A stretch of 64,000 nt of DNA, taken from the NCBI GenBank assembly GCA_040756655.1, contig JBFLYN010000005.1, positions 4,563 to 68,562 of the forward strand. Direction: 5' to 3'. A program made the translations under genes and the position numbers. The notes below the pieces were generated by a model that was not told where the DNA came from, searched no databases, and worked only from the letters and a program-made list of their open reading frames with translations. Positions 10,050-18,447 of the stretch are shown piece after piece (position 1 is the first letter of the stretch; every line of letters begins with the position of its first letter). The stretch is from Bacillota bacterium. GTDB lineage: Bacteria > Bacillota > Sulfobacillia > UBA8153.

Positions 10050-10241
10050 ATGGCCGATTACTGCCAAGTCTGCGGCAAGGGCGTTGTCCACGGGCATAGT
10101 GTGAGTCATTCCAACCGCAAGACCGGGCGCACCTGGGCACCCAACATCCAGAAGGTACGGGCGCTGGTCAAGGGCCGGCCGGTCCGCCTTTCCGTCTGCA
10201 GCCGTTGCCTTAGGTCGGGCAAGGTCCAGCGCTCAGTCTGA
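10050..10241 (+). CDS. rpmB: 50S ribosomal protein L28
   Basis: MADYCQVCGKGVVHGHSVSHSNRKTGRTWAPNIQKVRALVKGRPVRLSVCSRCLRSGKV is a textbook L28 sequence. Confidence 0.95.
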   Translation: MADYCQVCGKGVVHGHSVSHSNRKTGRTWAPNIQKVRALVKGRPVRLSVCSRCLRSGKVQRSV

Positions 10242-10379
10242 TGCCTGGACCCCCGGCACACCGGGGGTCCGGTCCCTACTCCTATCCTTTCCCAAACAGC
10301 TTCATGATCGCGCAAAGGATCGCCCCAATGGGTCTTGGCACCCGGATAACATGTATCCTCAAAGCACAGCGCCCCTCTC

Positions 10380-10664
10380 CTAGGCTCTAGACATCAAGTA
10401 CCAGCCGGCCCACACCAGGCCTCCTCCCACCACCACCAGCCAGGCCCAGCCCGGCAAGGTGTATGCCAGCACCCCGCAACCGGCCAGGAACACGAGCAGG
10501 CCTGCTGTTTTGTAGTTCCCGCGGCCCGCCCGGCGCCAGTGCCTGCCTGCCAAGGCATCACCCCCAGCCTCCCGGTGCTTTCCGAAGACAGTATACGCCC
10601 GGCCGTCGCCTTGGGTGCATCGCATGGGGGTGGGGGTACGCACCGGTTGGTCCAGACGCCACAC
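10380..10664 (-). CDS. possible small two-TM membrane protein (weak call)
   Basis: The ORF has a hydrophobic C-terminus (TAGLLVFLAGCGVLAYTLPGWAWLVVVGGGLVWAGWYL). It sits in the roughly 800-bp convergent gap between rpmB and rpe. No family was recognised and the start is unclear. Confidence 0.25.
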   Translation of the reverse strand: MWRLDQPVRTPTPMRCTQGDGRAYTVFGKHREAGGDALAGRHWRRAGRGNYKTAGLLVFLAGCGVLAYTLPGWAWLVVVGGGLVWAGWYLMSRA

Positions 10665-11044
10665 ACAAGGTACGACCCCAAGTGGACCGCAGGGGAACCC
10701 GGGGAAAATAGGGAGCGGACAAGGACCGGCAACAGCACGGCCCGGGAATTCCGAATGCCCCGGGGTGAGGATGCTAGCGAGTTCTCACCTTCCGGGTCGG
10801 GAGGCTTTTCCGGGATGGTGGATGATGCTGATGGGAAAGCCGACCCTCAAGGTCGCAGCGTGGTCCGGCGGTAGTCCCGGGCCAGTTCGTAGCCATGTCC
10901 TGCCACATCTCCCCCGCGCGCAGAGGAAGGCAAAACCGGCAGGACTTGCCGGGATTCCCAACGGAGACTTGGCTGGTTTCAACACCCAGTTGGGTTCTCT
11001 GGGAAACTCCTGACCTCACACCACCCCGGGTTTCACTCACCGCT

Positions 11045-11722
11045 CTATACCTGCAACGTGGAAGCTCCTACCGCCCGCCGCAGCTTCTTGACCTGCAGTG
11101 CCCTATCTGGGGCTCCGAATATGAAAGAGCCCGCAACCAAGACGGTGGCTCCCGCTCGCACGACCTGTACGGCCGTCTCCTCGTTGATGCCACCATCCAC
11201 CTCCAACTGGCAGGTGAGGGCCAGGTCATGCAGGTGTTTTCTGGCCTTCTCCACCTTGGGCACCACTGACGCGATGAATCGCTGCCCGCCGAAACCAGGG
11301 TCGACTGTCATCAGCAGTAGCAGGTCCAGGCTGGATAGGACTTCCTCGACAGCGACCAGGGGGGTGGCCGGGTTAATGGCCACGCCGGCCTTGGCCCCAT
11401 GGTGGCGGATAGTCTCCAGGGTTCGGTGCAGGTGGGTGCAGGCCTCGGCGTGCACGGTGACCAGGTCGGCACCGGCACTGACAAAGTCAGCCACCAGGCG
11501 CCGGGGCTCTGCCACCATCAGGTGCACGTCCAAAAAGAGCCGGGTGTGGGCCCGGACCGCTTCCACCACCCGTGGTCCAAAGGACAAATTGGGAACGAAT
11601 CGCCCGTCCATGATGTCCAAGTGCAAAAGGTCGGCTCCCGCCGCTTCCACATCCTGGACCTCCCGGGCCAGGTGGGCGAAGTCCGCCGACAAAAGCGATG
11701 GGGCGATCTGCACCACGCTCAT
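11045..11722 (-). CDS. rpe: ribulose-phosphate 3-epimerase
   Basis: MSVVQIAPSLLSADFAHLAREVQDVEAAGADLLHLDIMDGRFVPNLSFGP... matches Rpe. The start overlaps the rsgA stop in an ATGA arrangement. Confidence 0.95.
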   Translation of the reverse strand: MSVVQIAPSLLSADFAHLAREVQDVEAAGADLLHLDIMDGRFVPNLSFGPRVVEAVRAHTRLFLDVHLMVAEPRRLVADFVSAGADLVTVHAEACTHLHRTLETIRHHGAKAGVAINPATPLVAVEEVLSSLDLLLLMTVDPGFGGQRFIASVVPKVEKARKHLHDLALTCQLEVDGGINEETAVQVVRAGATVLVAGSFIFGAPDRALQVKKLRRAVGASTLQV

Positions 11723-12606
11723 GAATACTTCCGCCTTTCGAATTCCTCGATCTCCTCGAGGAAAGCCAGGTAGTTGAGGTAGCGGCTCGGGGCCAACCGG
11801 CCCGCTTCCACTTCTGCCTTGACGGCGCAGTCTGGTTCGTGCCGGTGCAGGCAGTCGGGAAACCTGCAGTCTGGCTGCAGTCCAGCCATGTCCGGGAAGT
11901 ATGAAGCCAGCTCGAACTTGTCCAGAAAGTCCAGGTCCAAGCGGCTAAAACCCGGAGTGTCGGCCACCAGGGCTGCGTTCCCTACGTCCAAAAGCTCCAC
12001 CCGCCGGGTGGTGTGCCGCCCCCGGCCGCTACCTTGGCTTACCCGGCCCACCCGCAGTTCCAGGCCGGGTCGCAGCGCATTGAGGATGCTGGATTTCCCC
12101 ACGCCGCTCTGCCCGGCCATTACCGATACCCGGCCGGCCAGCTCAGCGGCCAGCTCGGCTAGCCCGATGCCGCCGTTGGCGCTGATGGCAAGGGTCCGGT
12201 AGCCGGCCCCGCCATAGAGAGCAAGGAAATCCTGTACCTCTGAAGGGCGGCAAAGGTCCAGCTTGTTCAGGCACACGAGAGGGTCCAGATCCTGGTGGGC
12301 TACGAGCAACAGGAGGCGGTCCAAGAGCGGGAGCTGCAAGTCGGGGTTTTTGATGGTCACCACTACCACGGCCTGGTCCACGTTGGCCACGGGCGGGCGG
12401 ACCAGCTGGTTGCGCCGGGGGAGGATCCCGGTGATCACGCCACCTGGGCCGGGGCCGTCCTCGTAGCGCACCCAGTCGCCGGTTAGCGCAGAGAGGCCTT
12501 CCTTCCGGAAACGGCCCCGTAGTTTGCAGCTGACGATTTCCTCACCGTCCTGGACTTCGTAGACGTCCGAGAACGACCGGACAATTCTCCCGGTTCGCTC
12601 CGACAG
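11719..12606 (-). CDS. rsgA: ribosome small-subunit-dependent GTPase A (RsgA/YloQ); start codon uncertain
   Basis: The C-terminal GTPase and zinc-finger region (AGQSGVGKSSILNAL, CRFPDCLHRHEPDC) is clear. The N-terminal OB-fold (GRIVRSFSDVYEVQDGEEIVSCKLRGRFRKEGLSALTGDWVRY) is encoded directly downstream of, and in frame with, the prkC stop codon, with no ATG/GTG/TTG in that stretch. The 5' end given here is the CTG at 12606. Confidence 0.8.
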   Translation of the reverse strand: MSERTGRIVRSFSDVYEVQDGEEIVSCKLRGRFRKEGLSALTGDWVRYEDGPGPGGVITGILPRRNQLVRPPVANVDQAVVVVTIKNPDLQLPLLDRLLLLVAHQDLDPLVCLNKLDLCRPSEVQDFLALYGGAGYRTLAISANGGIGLAELAAELAGRVSVMAGQSGVGKSSILNALRPGLELRVGRVSQGSGRGRHTTRRVELLDVGNAALVADTPGFSRLDLDFLDKFELASYFPDMAGLQPDCRFPDCLHRHEPDCAVKAEVEAGRLAPSRYLNYLAFLEEIEEFERRKYS

Positions 12607-12627
12607 TTCACACCACTCCCTTGTCCA

Positions 12628-14580
12628 CTACGGCGTGGGCGTGAGGATCTGCTCGGACCACACCCGGTCGCCGACTTTGATCTGCAGCAGAGCCTGGGCA
12701 CCGTACCACCTGACCGTGCGGGTTACCTCCTGGCCACCCATGTGCACGCCCTTGTAGATAACGCTGGCACCAGCAGTGTCGTAAAGGATCCATTCCACCA
12801 CCACCGCGGTGTCGTTATCCCGGTCAGTGGGCACCAAGAACCTGATGGTTTTTTGGTTGGGAGGAGTGACCGGCCCCTTGCTGTACCAGAGCTCTACCTC
12901 CGTGCCCTCGAGCACTTCGTCACCGGGCTCGGGCAACTGGCGAGTTACCACGCCGAGGGGCTGGTCCGAGTATTCCTGGTGCACCTCGCCCTCCTGCAGG
13001 TGCAGGCCGGCCAGTCGCTGAAGCACTTCGTTGACCTGCTGGCCGCGGAAGTCCGGAACCACCACTACCCGCGCCTCGGGACCGAGGCTCACGCGGACGT
13101 CCACGAGGGTTCCCGTACCCACCCGGGTCCCCGAGGGCAGGCTTTGGCTGATGATGGCGCCCTCCGGGATCTCAGGATGGTACTCATAGGTAATGTTGCC
13201 CAGGGCCAGACCACTGCTGATGAGCCTGACATTGGCATCTCGTTCGTTTACGCCCCTAAGATCGGGCACCACCGCCAACGGCAGGCCGAGGCTGACCACC
13301 AGCTTGACTGAGCGCCCCTTGCGCACCAGCGTACCGGGTTCCGGGATCTGCTCGATGACGTAGTTGGCCGGGACCTGGTCGTCGTACCTGTTGGCCACCT
13401 GTTCGGCCGTTAAACCTCTATCCCTGAGCACGTGCTGGGCTTGCAGGTAGACCATGCCGGTAACATCGGGCACCTCCAGGGTGGGTACATTGAGCCAGTC
13501 CCAGACCAGGTAGGCCCCGGCGGCGCCCAGCGCCGACAGCACCAGCAACACCAGTAACACCGCAACCCAGGGCCGTGTCTTGCGCCGGGCCACCGGCAAC
13601 TCCTCCTCGTCCTCGTCCTCAGTGGGCCGGGCCGGGGCTGGCTCAGAACGGGTCCGGGCCCTTGCTTCTGTGGCTCGCGGCGGCGATTTCTCCACCCGAC
13701 GGGGCGGCAGCGGCGATGGTCCGGGAGGATCCGGGGCGATCTGGGCCCCGGCGGGGGCACGCACTTTGGCCAGGCACCGCCCGATGTCTGCCATCATGTC
13801 GCCAGCCGACGCGTAGCGTTCCAGCTGGTTTTTCTCCAGTGCCCGCATGACCAGGCGATCCACGTCCAGGGGAATAGTCAAATTCAGGGAGCGGGGCGGC
13901 ACCACTCTCTCGTGCATGTGCTTTAGCGCGATGGTGACCGCACTTTCGCCCTGGAAAGGCAGCGTGCCGGTGAGCATTTCGTAGAGCACCACGCCCAAAG
14001 AGTACAGGTCCGACTTGGCTCCCGTGAGCCCGCCCCGGGCTTGCTCCGGGGAGAAGTAATGAACGGAACCTATGATGGTCCCGGTATGGGTCAGCGTGGC
14101 ACTGGTCATGGCCCGGGCGATGCCGAAATCGGTAACCTTAACCTTGCTATTGCGAGTTAGCATGATGTTGTGGGGCTTGATGTCCCGGTGTATGATCCGG
14201 TTCTGATGGGCGTGTTCCAGGGCTTCACAGATCTGATAGGCAATATCCAGAGCCTCTACCACCGGCAGGGGCTTGCCTTCCTGGATCCGCTCTTTGAGGG
14301 TGCGCCCGTCGATGAGTTCCATGACTATATAGTGGGTGTCGCCGTCGTTTCCCACATCGTAGATGCTGACAATGTTCTGGTGGGAAAGACTGGCGGCGGC
14401 CTGCGCCTCCCGCCTGAAGCGCCGCAGGAAGTCCTCGTCGGTGGCAAACTGGGGACGCAGCACTTTCACGGCCACCGGGCGGTTGAGCACGTTATCGTGA
14501 GCGCGGTACACCAGGGCCATGCCGCCCCCGCCGATCTTGGCCACCAGTTCGTACCGCCCACCCAGCTTCTGGCCGATCAC
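12628..14580 (-). CDS. prkC: Ser/Thr protein kinase PrkC with a TM segment and extracellular PASTA repeats
   Basis: A Hanks kinase domain (VAVKVL, HRDIKPHNIM, DFGIA), a Pro-rich linker, a TM helix and three PASTA-like repeats are present. The GTG start overlaps the prpC stop in a GTGA arrangement. Confidence 0.95.
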   Translation of the reverse strand: MIGQKLGGRYELVAKIGGGGMALVYRAHDNVLNRPVAVKVLRPQFATDEDFLRRFRREAQAAASLSHQNIVSIYDVGNDGDTHYIVMELIDGRTLKERIQEGKPLPVVEALDIAYQICEALEHAHQNRIIHRDIKPHNIMLTRNSKVKVTDFGIARAMTSATLTHTGTIIGSVHYFSPEQARGGLTGAKSDLYSLGVVLYEMLTGTLPFQGESAVTIALKHMHERVVPPRSLNLTIPLDVDRLVMRALEKNQLERYASAGDMMADIGRCLAKVRAPAGAQIAPDPPGPSPLPPRRVEKSPPRATEARARTRSEPAPARPTEDEDEEELPVARRKTRPWVAVLLVLLVLSALGAAGAYLVWDWLNVPTLEVPDVTGMVYLQAQHVLRDRGLTAEQVANRYDDQVPANYVIEQIPEPGTLVRKGRSVKLVVSLGLPLAVVPDLRGVNERDANVRLISSGLALGNITYEYHPEIPEGAIISQSLPSGTRVGTGTLVDVRVSLGPEARVVVVPDFRGQQVNEVLQRLAGLHLQEGEVHQEYSDQPLGVVTRQLPEPGDEVLEGTEVELWYSKGPVTPPNQKTIRFLVPTDRDNDTAVVVEWILYDTAGASVIYKGVHMGGQEVTRTVRWYGAQALLQIKVGDRVWSEQILTPTP

Positions 14581-15332
14581 ACGCCGTCACCTCCCCCCGC
14601 CCGGCCAATGCCGGCCACCAGCACGGTAATGTTGTCGTTGCCGCCCCGGGCGTTGGCCATTTCCACCAGCTGGTCACCTAGCCCGGCCAGGTCCCGGCAA
14701 CCGTTTATCGCCTCCAATATCTCTTCGCTGGCCACCAGGTTGGTCAGTCCGTCGGTACACATCACAATTATGTCACCATCACAGACGGCGTGCTCGGCAA
14801 TGTCGATGTTCAGCCGGGGTTCGGTGCCCAAGGCCTTGGTAAGGAGATTCCGCTGGGGATGGCGCATGGCTTCTCGTTCTCCCAGCTCGCCGTTTTGCAC
14901 CATGGCTCCTACCACCGAATGGTCCGCAGTCAAGCGCTGCAGCCGGCCCTTGCGGACCAGGTAGGCCCGGGAGTCGCCCACATGCGCAAGCACCAGCCGG
15001 TCTGCGGCCCACAGGGCCGCGGTAAGGGTGGTGCCCATGCCGGAGTAGCCAAAAGTGTCCAGCGCCACCCGGTACACCCGCTCGTTGGCGGCGGCACACG
15101 CCGTAGCCAGGGCGCACTGCAGGTCTTCGCCTCCGCCAGCATGCACCTCCAACCATCGCCTGGTCTCTTCCACCGCCAGCCGGGACGCCACTTCTCCGGC
15201 CTCAAAGCCGCCCATGCCGTCGGCCACCGCCATGAGCACCGGCCGGCACCCGGTCATGAGCTGGCACAGGCAGTAATAGTCCTCGTTGGCCTCGCGGACC
15301 CGCCCCACATCACTGGCGACGCTTGCCAGCAT
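14577..15332 (-). CDS. prpC: PP2C-family Ser/Thr phosphatase (PrpC/Stp)
   Basis: From the ATG at 15332 the protein reads MLASVASDVGRVREANEDYY...DGMGG...GDSRAYL...MCTDGL (PP2C motifs). A GGGGAG RBS lies 8 nt upstream. Confidence 0.9.
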   Translation of the reverse strand: MLASVASDVGRVREANEDYYCLCQLMTGCRPVLMAVADGMGGFEAGEVASRLAVEETRRWLEVHAGGGEDLQCALATACAAANERVYRVALDTFGYSGMGTTLTAALWAADRLVLAHVGDSRAYLVRKGRLQRLTADHSVVGAMVQNGELGEREAMRHPQRNLLTKALGTEPRLNIDIAEHAVCDGDIIVMCTDGLTNLVASEEILEAINGCRDLAGLGDQLVEMANARGGNDNITVLVAGIGRAGGGDGV

Positions 15333-16377
15333 CCACTTCACTCCCCGACCATCTCTGCCTAAGCTGGCCGCATGCACCATCTACCTGGGTGCCTAGTTCG
15401 CGGCGCACTGTCACCGCCGTTCCAAAACCTTGGAGCGTGGCCACAAACGCCCGCACCCGTTCTGGAGGACTGCGGCGATAGCCACTGGCTTCCACCGGGT
15501 TCAAAGGTATGAGGTTCACATGACCTTGCACTGCCTTGACCAGCCCGGCCAGCCTCCTGGCATCCATTTCCCGGTCGTTGATCCCATCCACCAGGACATA
15601 CTCAAAGGTCACCCGGCGTCCGGTGGCCTTGGTATAATCGGCACAAGCCGCCACCAGTTGGTCGATGCTGGCCCGGCCCGCCGCCCCGGGCATGAGCCGG
15701 CGCCGGGTTTCATCATCGGCGGCGTGCAGGGAAACTGCCAGGTTCACCGGCAGTCCTTCCCGGGCCAGCCTCCGGATTTCCGGTACCATTCCGCAGGTGG
15801 AGATGGTGATGGACCGGTGACCGATGCCGGTTCCGGCCGGGTCGTGCAACTGCCGGATGGCCTTGAGCACTGGTTCGTAGTTATCCAGTGGTTCCCCGGT
15901 GCCCATCATCACCACCCGGCTCACACGCTGCCCGCTCCGGTCTTCGCTGATCCTCAATACCTGATCGACGATCTCGCCGCTGGAGAGGTTCCTTGCCCAT
16001 GACCTGCCGGAGGCGCAGAACTGGCAACCCATCCTGCACCCGGCCTGTGATGAGACACAGGCGGTAAGGCCGAACCGGTAGAGAAGCGCTACGGCTTCCA
16101 CCACCAACCCGTCTTCAAGGCGCATGGCATACTTTACCGACCCCGAGCCCTCGTCCTCGCGCCGCTCGTGTATCCAGCAGGCATCCAGCAGGGCCCCAGC
16201 GGATAGCTGCTCCCGGAAAGCTGCCGGCAAGTTGGTCATGGAGTCAAAGCTGCGGGCCTGCGCCGCATACATCCAGCGCCAAAGTTGTTTGGCCCGGTAG
16301 GGAGGTTGACCGTACGCTTTGCAGACCTGTTCCAGCTCACTCAGGGACTTGTCTTTGAGCCGCACCAGCCTGTTCAC
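15310..16377 (-). CDS. rlmN: 23S rRNA (adenine2503-C2)-methyltransferase RlmN (radical SAM)
   Basis: The GTG at 16377 has a GGAGAGG RBS. The protein starts VNRLVRLKDKSLSELEQVCKAYGQPPYRAKQLWRWMY and contains the CxxxCxxC motif (CRMGCQFC). Confidence 0.9.
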   Translation of the reverse strand: MNRLVRLKDKSLSELEQVCKAYGQPPYRAKQLWRWMYAAQARSFDSMTNLPAAFREQLSAGALLDACWIHERREDEGSGSVKYAMRLEDGLVVEAVALLYRFGLTACVSSQAGCRMGCQFCASGRSWARNLSSGEIVDQVLRISEDRSGQRVSRVVMMGTGEPLDNYEPVLKAIRQLHDPAGTGIGHRSITISTCGMVPEIRRLAREGLPVNLAVSLHAADDETRRRLMPGAAGRASIDQLVAACADYTKATGRRVTFEYVLVDGINDREMDARRLAGLVKAVQGHVNLIPLNPVEASGYRRSPPERVRAFVATLQGFGTAVTVRRELGTQVDGACGQLRQRWSGSEVDAGKRRQ

Positions 16378-16421
16378 TCCTGACCTCTCCTCACTATTCG
16401 TCCTTTTGACGGGCTTTCCTG

Positions 16422-17765
16422 CTAGGTATATTTGGCCAGTCTTGCCATGAAAAACCCGTCGGTGCCGTGGCGTTGGGGCCAGAGCTCTACGTATCCCCGG
16501 TCGGTCACGGCCCCTGTCAGCGAACTTGGGAGCCAAGGCCGGGGGTCGTCCAGCCGGAACTGGGGGTGGTCTTGCAGGAAACCTTCCACCACCCCGGGTC
16601 CTTCCGGCCCGGTCAGGGTACAGACGCTGTACACCAGCACCCCTCCGGGTCGCACGCAGGCGCTGGCTCCTTCCAGGAGCTCTCGCTGGAGGCGAGTAAG
16701 GCCGGGTATGTGCCGGGGCTTTTTGCGCCACCGCGCATCCGGGCGGCGCGCCAGCACACCCAGGCCAGAGCAGGGAGCATCCAGCAGCACCCGGTCAAAG
16801 ACCCAGCCTTGTGGCAGACGCCTGGCGTCTCCCTGGGTAACTTCTACGTGGCAAAGCCCAAGACGAAGGGCGTTTTCGCGAATCAGCTGCAACCGCTGCT
16901 CGTTGATATCGTTGGCCACCACTCGCCCGTCCACGCCTACCAGTTCGGCCAAGTGCATGGCCTTCCCGCCCGGCGCCGCGCAGGCGTCCAGCACTTCCTG
17001 GCCGGATTTAGGATCCAGGAGCTGGGCCACGATCATGGACGCTTCGTCCTGGACCTGGAAATGTCCCTGGGCAAACCCGGGTACCTGCCGGATGTTGCCC
17101 GGTGCTAGGAGTTCCACCGCCGCCGGGTGGTGAAGGCCGGTCTTCCAGCGGATGCCCTCGGCGTCCAGGCACCGGGTGAATGCGTCCACCCCGGTGCGGA
17201 GGGTGTTGATGCGAACCGTAAGTCGGGGCGGCTGGTTGTTCCACCGGCATAGCGACGCGGTCTCCTCAAGGCCGATCCTGTCCAGAAACACCGCCACAAT
17301 CCACTCGGGATGGGAGTGCACCAAGGCCAGGTGCTGGGCAGGGCTCTCGTCCAGGGCCGGGTATGGGAGTTCTTCTGCCCTGTGCCGGGATAGCCGGCGG
17401 AGAACGGCATTGACCAACCCGGTTAGCCAGCGCGGCTGGCGGTGGAGCAGCTTGACGGTTTCGTTGACTGCCACCGGGCCCGGGATGTTCTCCATGTACA
17501 GCAGCTGGTAGGCACCCAGCCTAAGAGCCGCCCTGACCCATGGGTCACAGCTGGCCAGCGGGCGGTTGAGATAGCGGGACAGGGCCCAGTCCAGCGTGTT
17601 TTGCCGCCGGACCGTCCCGTAGGCCAGCTCCGTGGCCAGTCTCCGGTCTGGCCCGGTCAGCTCCGGCAGGCCTTGAAGTACCGATTCCAGCGCCAAGTCG
17701 GCGTAGGCGCCCCTGGTGTCCACGGCGTGGAGAGTCCGGAGCGCCGCCTGGCGCGCGCCGGCCAC
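16422..17765 (-). CDS. rsmB: 16S rRNA (cytosine967-C5)-methyltransferase RsmB (Sun)
   Basis: GTG start at 17765. An N-terminal NusB-like domain (ARQAALRTLHAVDTRGAYADLAL) is followed by a SAM-dependent m5C methyltransferase domain (DACAAPGGK, PCSGLGV). Confidence 0.9.
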   Translation of the reverse strand: MAGARQAALRTLHAVDTRGAYADLALESVLQGLPELTGPDRRLATELAYGTVRRQNTLDWALSRYLNRPLASCDPWVRAALRLGAYQLLYMENIPGPVAVNETVKLLHRQPRWLTGLVNAVLRRLSRHRAEELPYPALDESPAQHLALVHSHPEWIVAVFLDRIGLEETASLCRWNNQPPRLTVRINTLRTGVDAFTRCLDAEGIRWKTGLHHPAAVELLAPGNIRQVPGFAQGHFQVQDEASMIVAQLLDPKSGQEVLDACAAPGGKAMHLAELVGVDGRVVANDINEQRLQLIRENALRLGLCHVEVTQGDARRLPQGWVFDRVLLDAPCSGLGVLARRPDARWRKKPRHIPGLTRLQRELLEGASACVRPGGVLVYSVCTLTGPEGPGVVEGFLQDHPQFRLDDPRPWLPSSLTGAVTDRGYVELWPQRHGTDGFFMARLAKYT

Positions 17766-17766
17766 C

Positions 17767-18447
17767 CTAGCGCCGGCGGCTGTCGCGCAGCACCAGCAAG
17801 CGCAAAAGCTGGGCCACTGCCATGGCCGTAGCTGCCAAGTAGGTGAGGGCGGCCGCATCCAGCACCGCACGGGTGGGCGGGACCTCACGGGACGTGATAA
17901 ACCCACCGGATTCCAGCAGGGCCAGGGCCCGCGACGACGCGTTCTTCTCTACTGGCAAGGTGACCACGTGAAAGAGCACTGCCGCGCCAAAGAGCACGAT
18001 CCCCAGGTTCATGAGGCCCATGCTGTCTATGAACAGCCCGATGAGAAACAAGGGAAACGCGGCCGAAGACCCAAAGCCGGCCACCGGCACCAGGCTGTTA
18101 CGCAAGTTCAGCGGGTAGTAGCCGGTATGGTGCTGGATGGCGTGACCTACCTCGTGGGCAGCCACTCCCAACGCGGCCACCGAGTTACTCTCGTACACGC
18201 CCGGAGATAGTCTCAGGATCCGCTGCCTGGGGTCATAATGATCCCCCAACGCCCGGTTGGTGCGTTCAACTCGCACGTTGTCCAGGCCGGCGTTGCGCAA
18301 AAGCTGCCTGGCCACCTCAGCTCCGCCCAGCCTGCTGGTGGACGCTACCCGCGAATAGGTGTCGAATGCGCCTCTGACCCGGGACTGGGCGTACAGGGCA
18401 AAGAGCAAAACGGGCAGCACCAGGATGAAAGTGCTGTCAAAGAACAT
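17767..18447 (-). CDS. YugP-like membrane zinc metallopeptidase (Zn_peptidase_2 family)
   Basis: MFFDSTFILVLPVLLFALYAQSRVRGAFDTYS...GDHYDPRQRILRLS...AAHEVGHAIQH aligns closely to B. subtilis YugP and carries the HExxH motif. Confidence 0.85.
   Translation of the reverse strand: MFFDSTFILVLPVLLFALYAQSRVRGAFDTYSRVASTSRLGGAEVARQLLRNAGLDNVRVERTNRALGDHYDPRQRILRLSPGVYESNSVAALGVAAHEVGHAIQHHTGYYPLNLRNSLVPVAGFGSSAAFPLFLIGLFIDSMGLMNLGIVLFGAAVLFHVVTLPVEKNASSRALALLESGGFITSREVPPTRAVLDAAALTYLAATAMAVAQLLRLLVLRDSRRR

Noticed and set aside
10261-10345. Candidate spoVM-like micro-ORFs between rpmB and rpe
   Set aside because: The short peptides found (MLSGCQDPLGRSFARS and MKLFGKG on the minus strand) share no similarity with SpoVM (MKFYTIKLPKFLGGIVRAMLGSFRKD).
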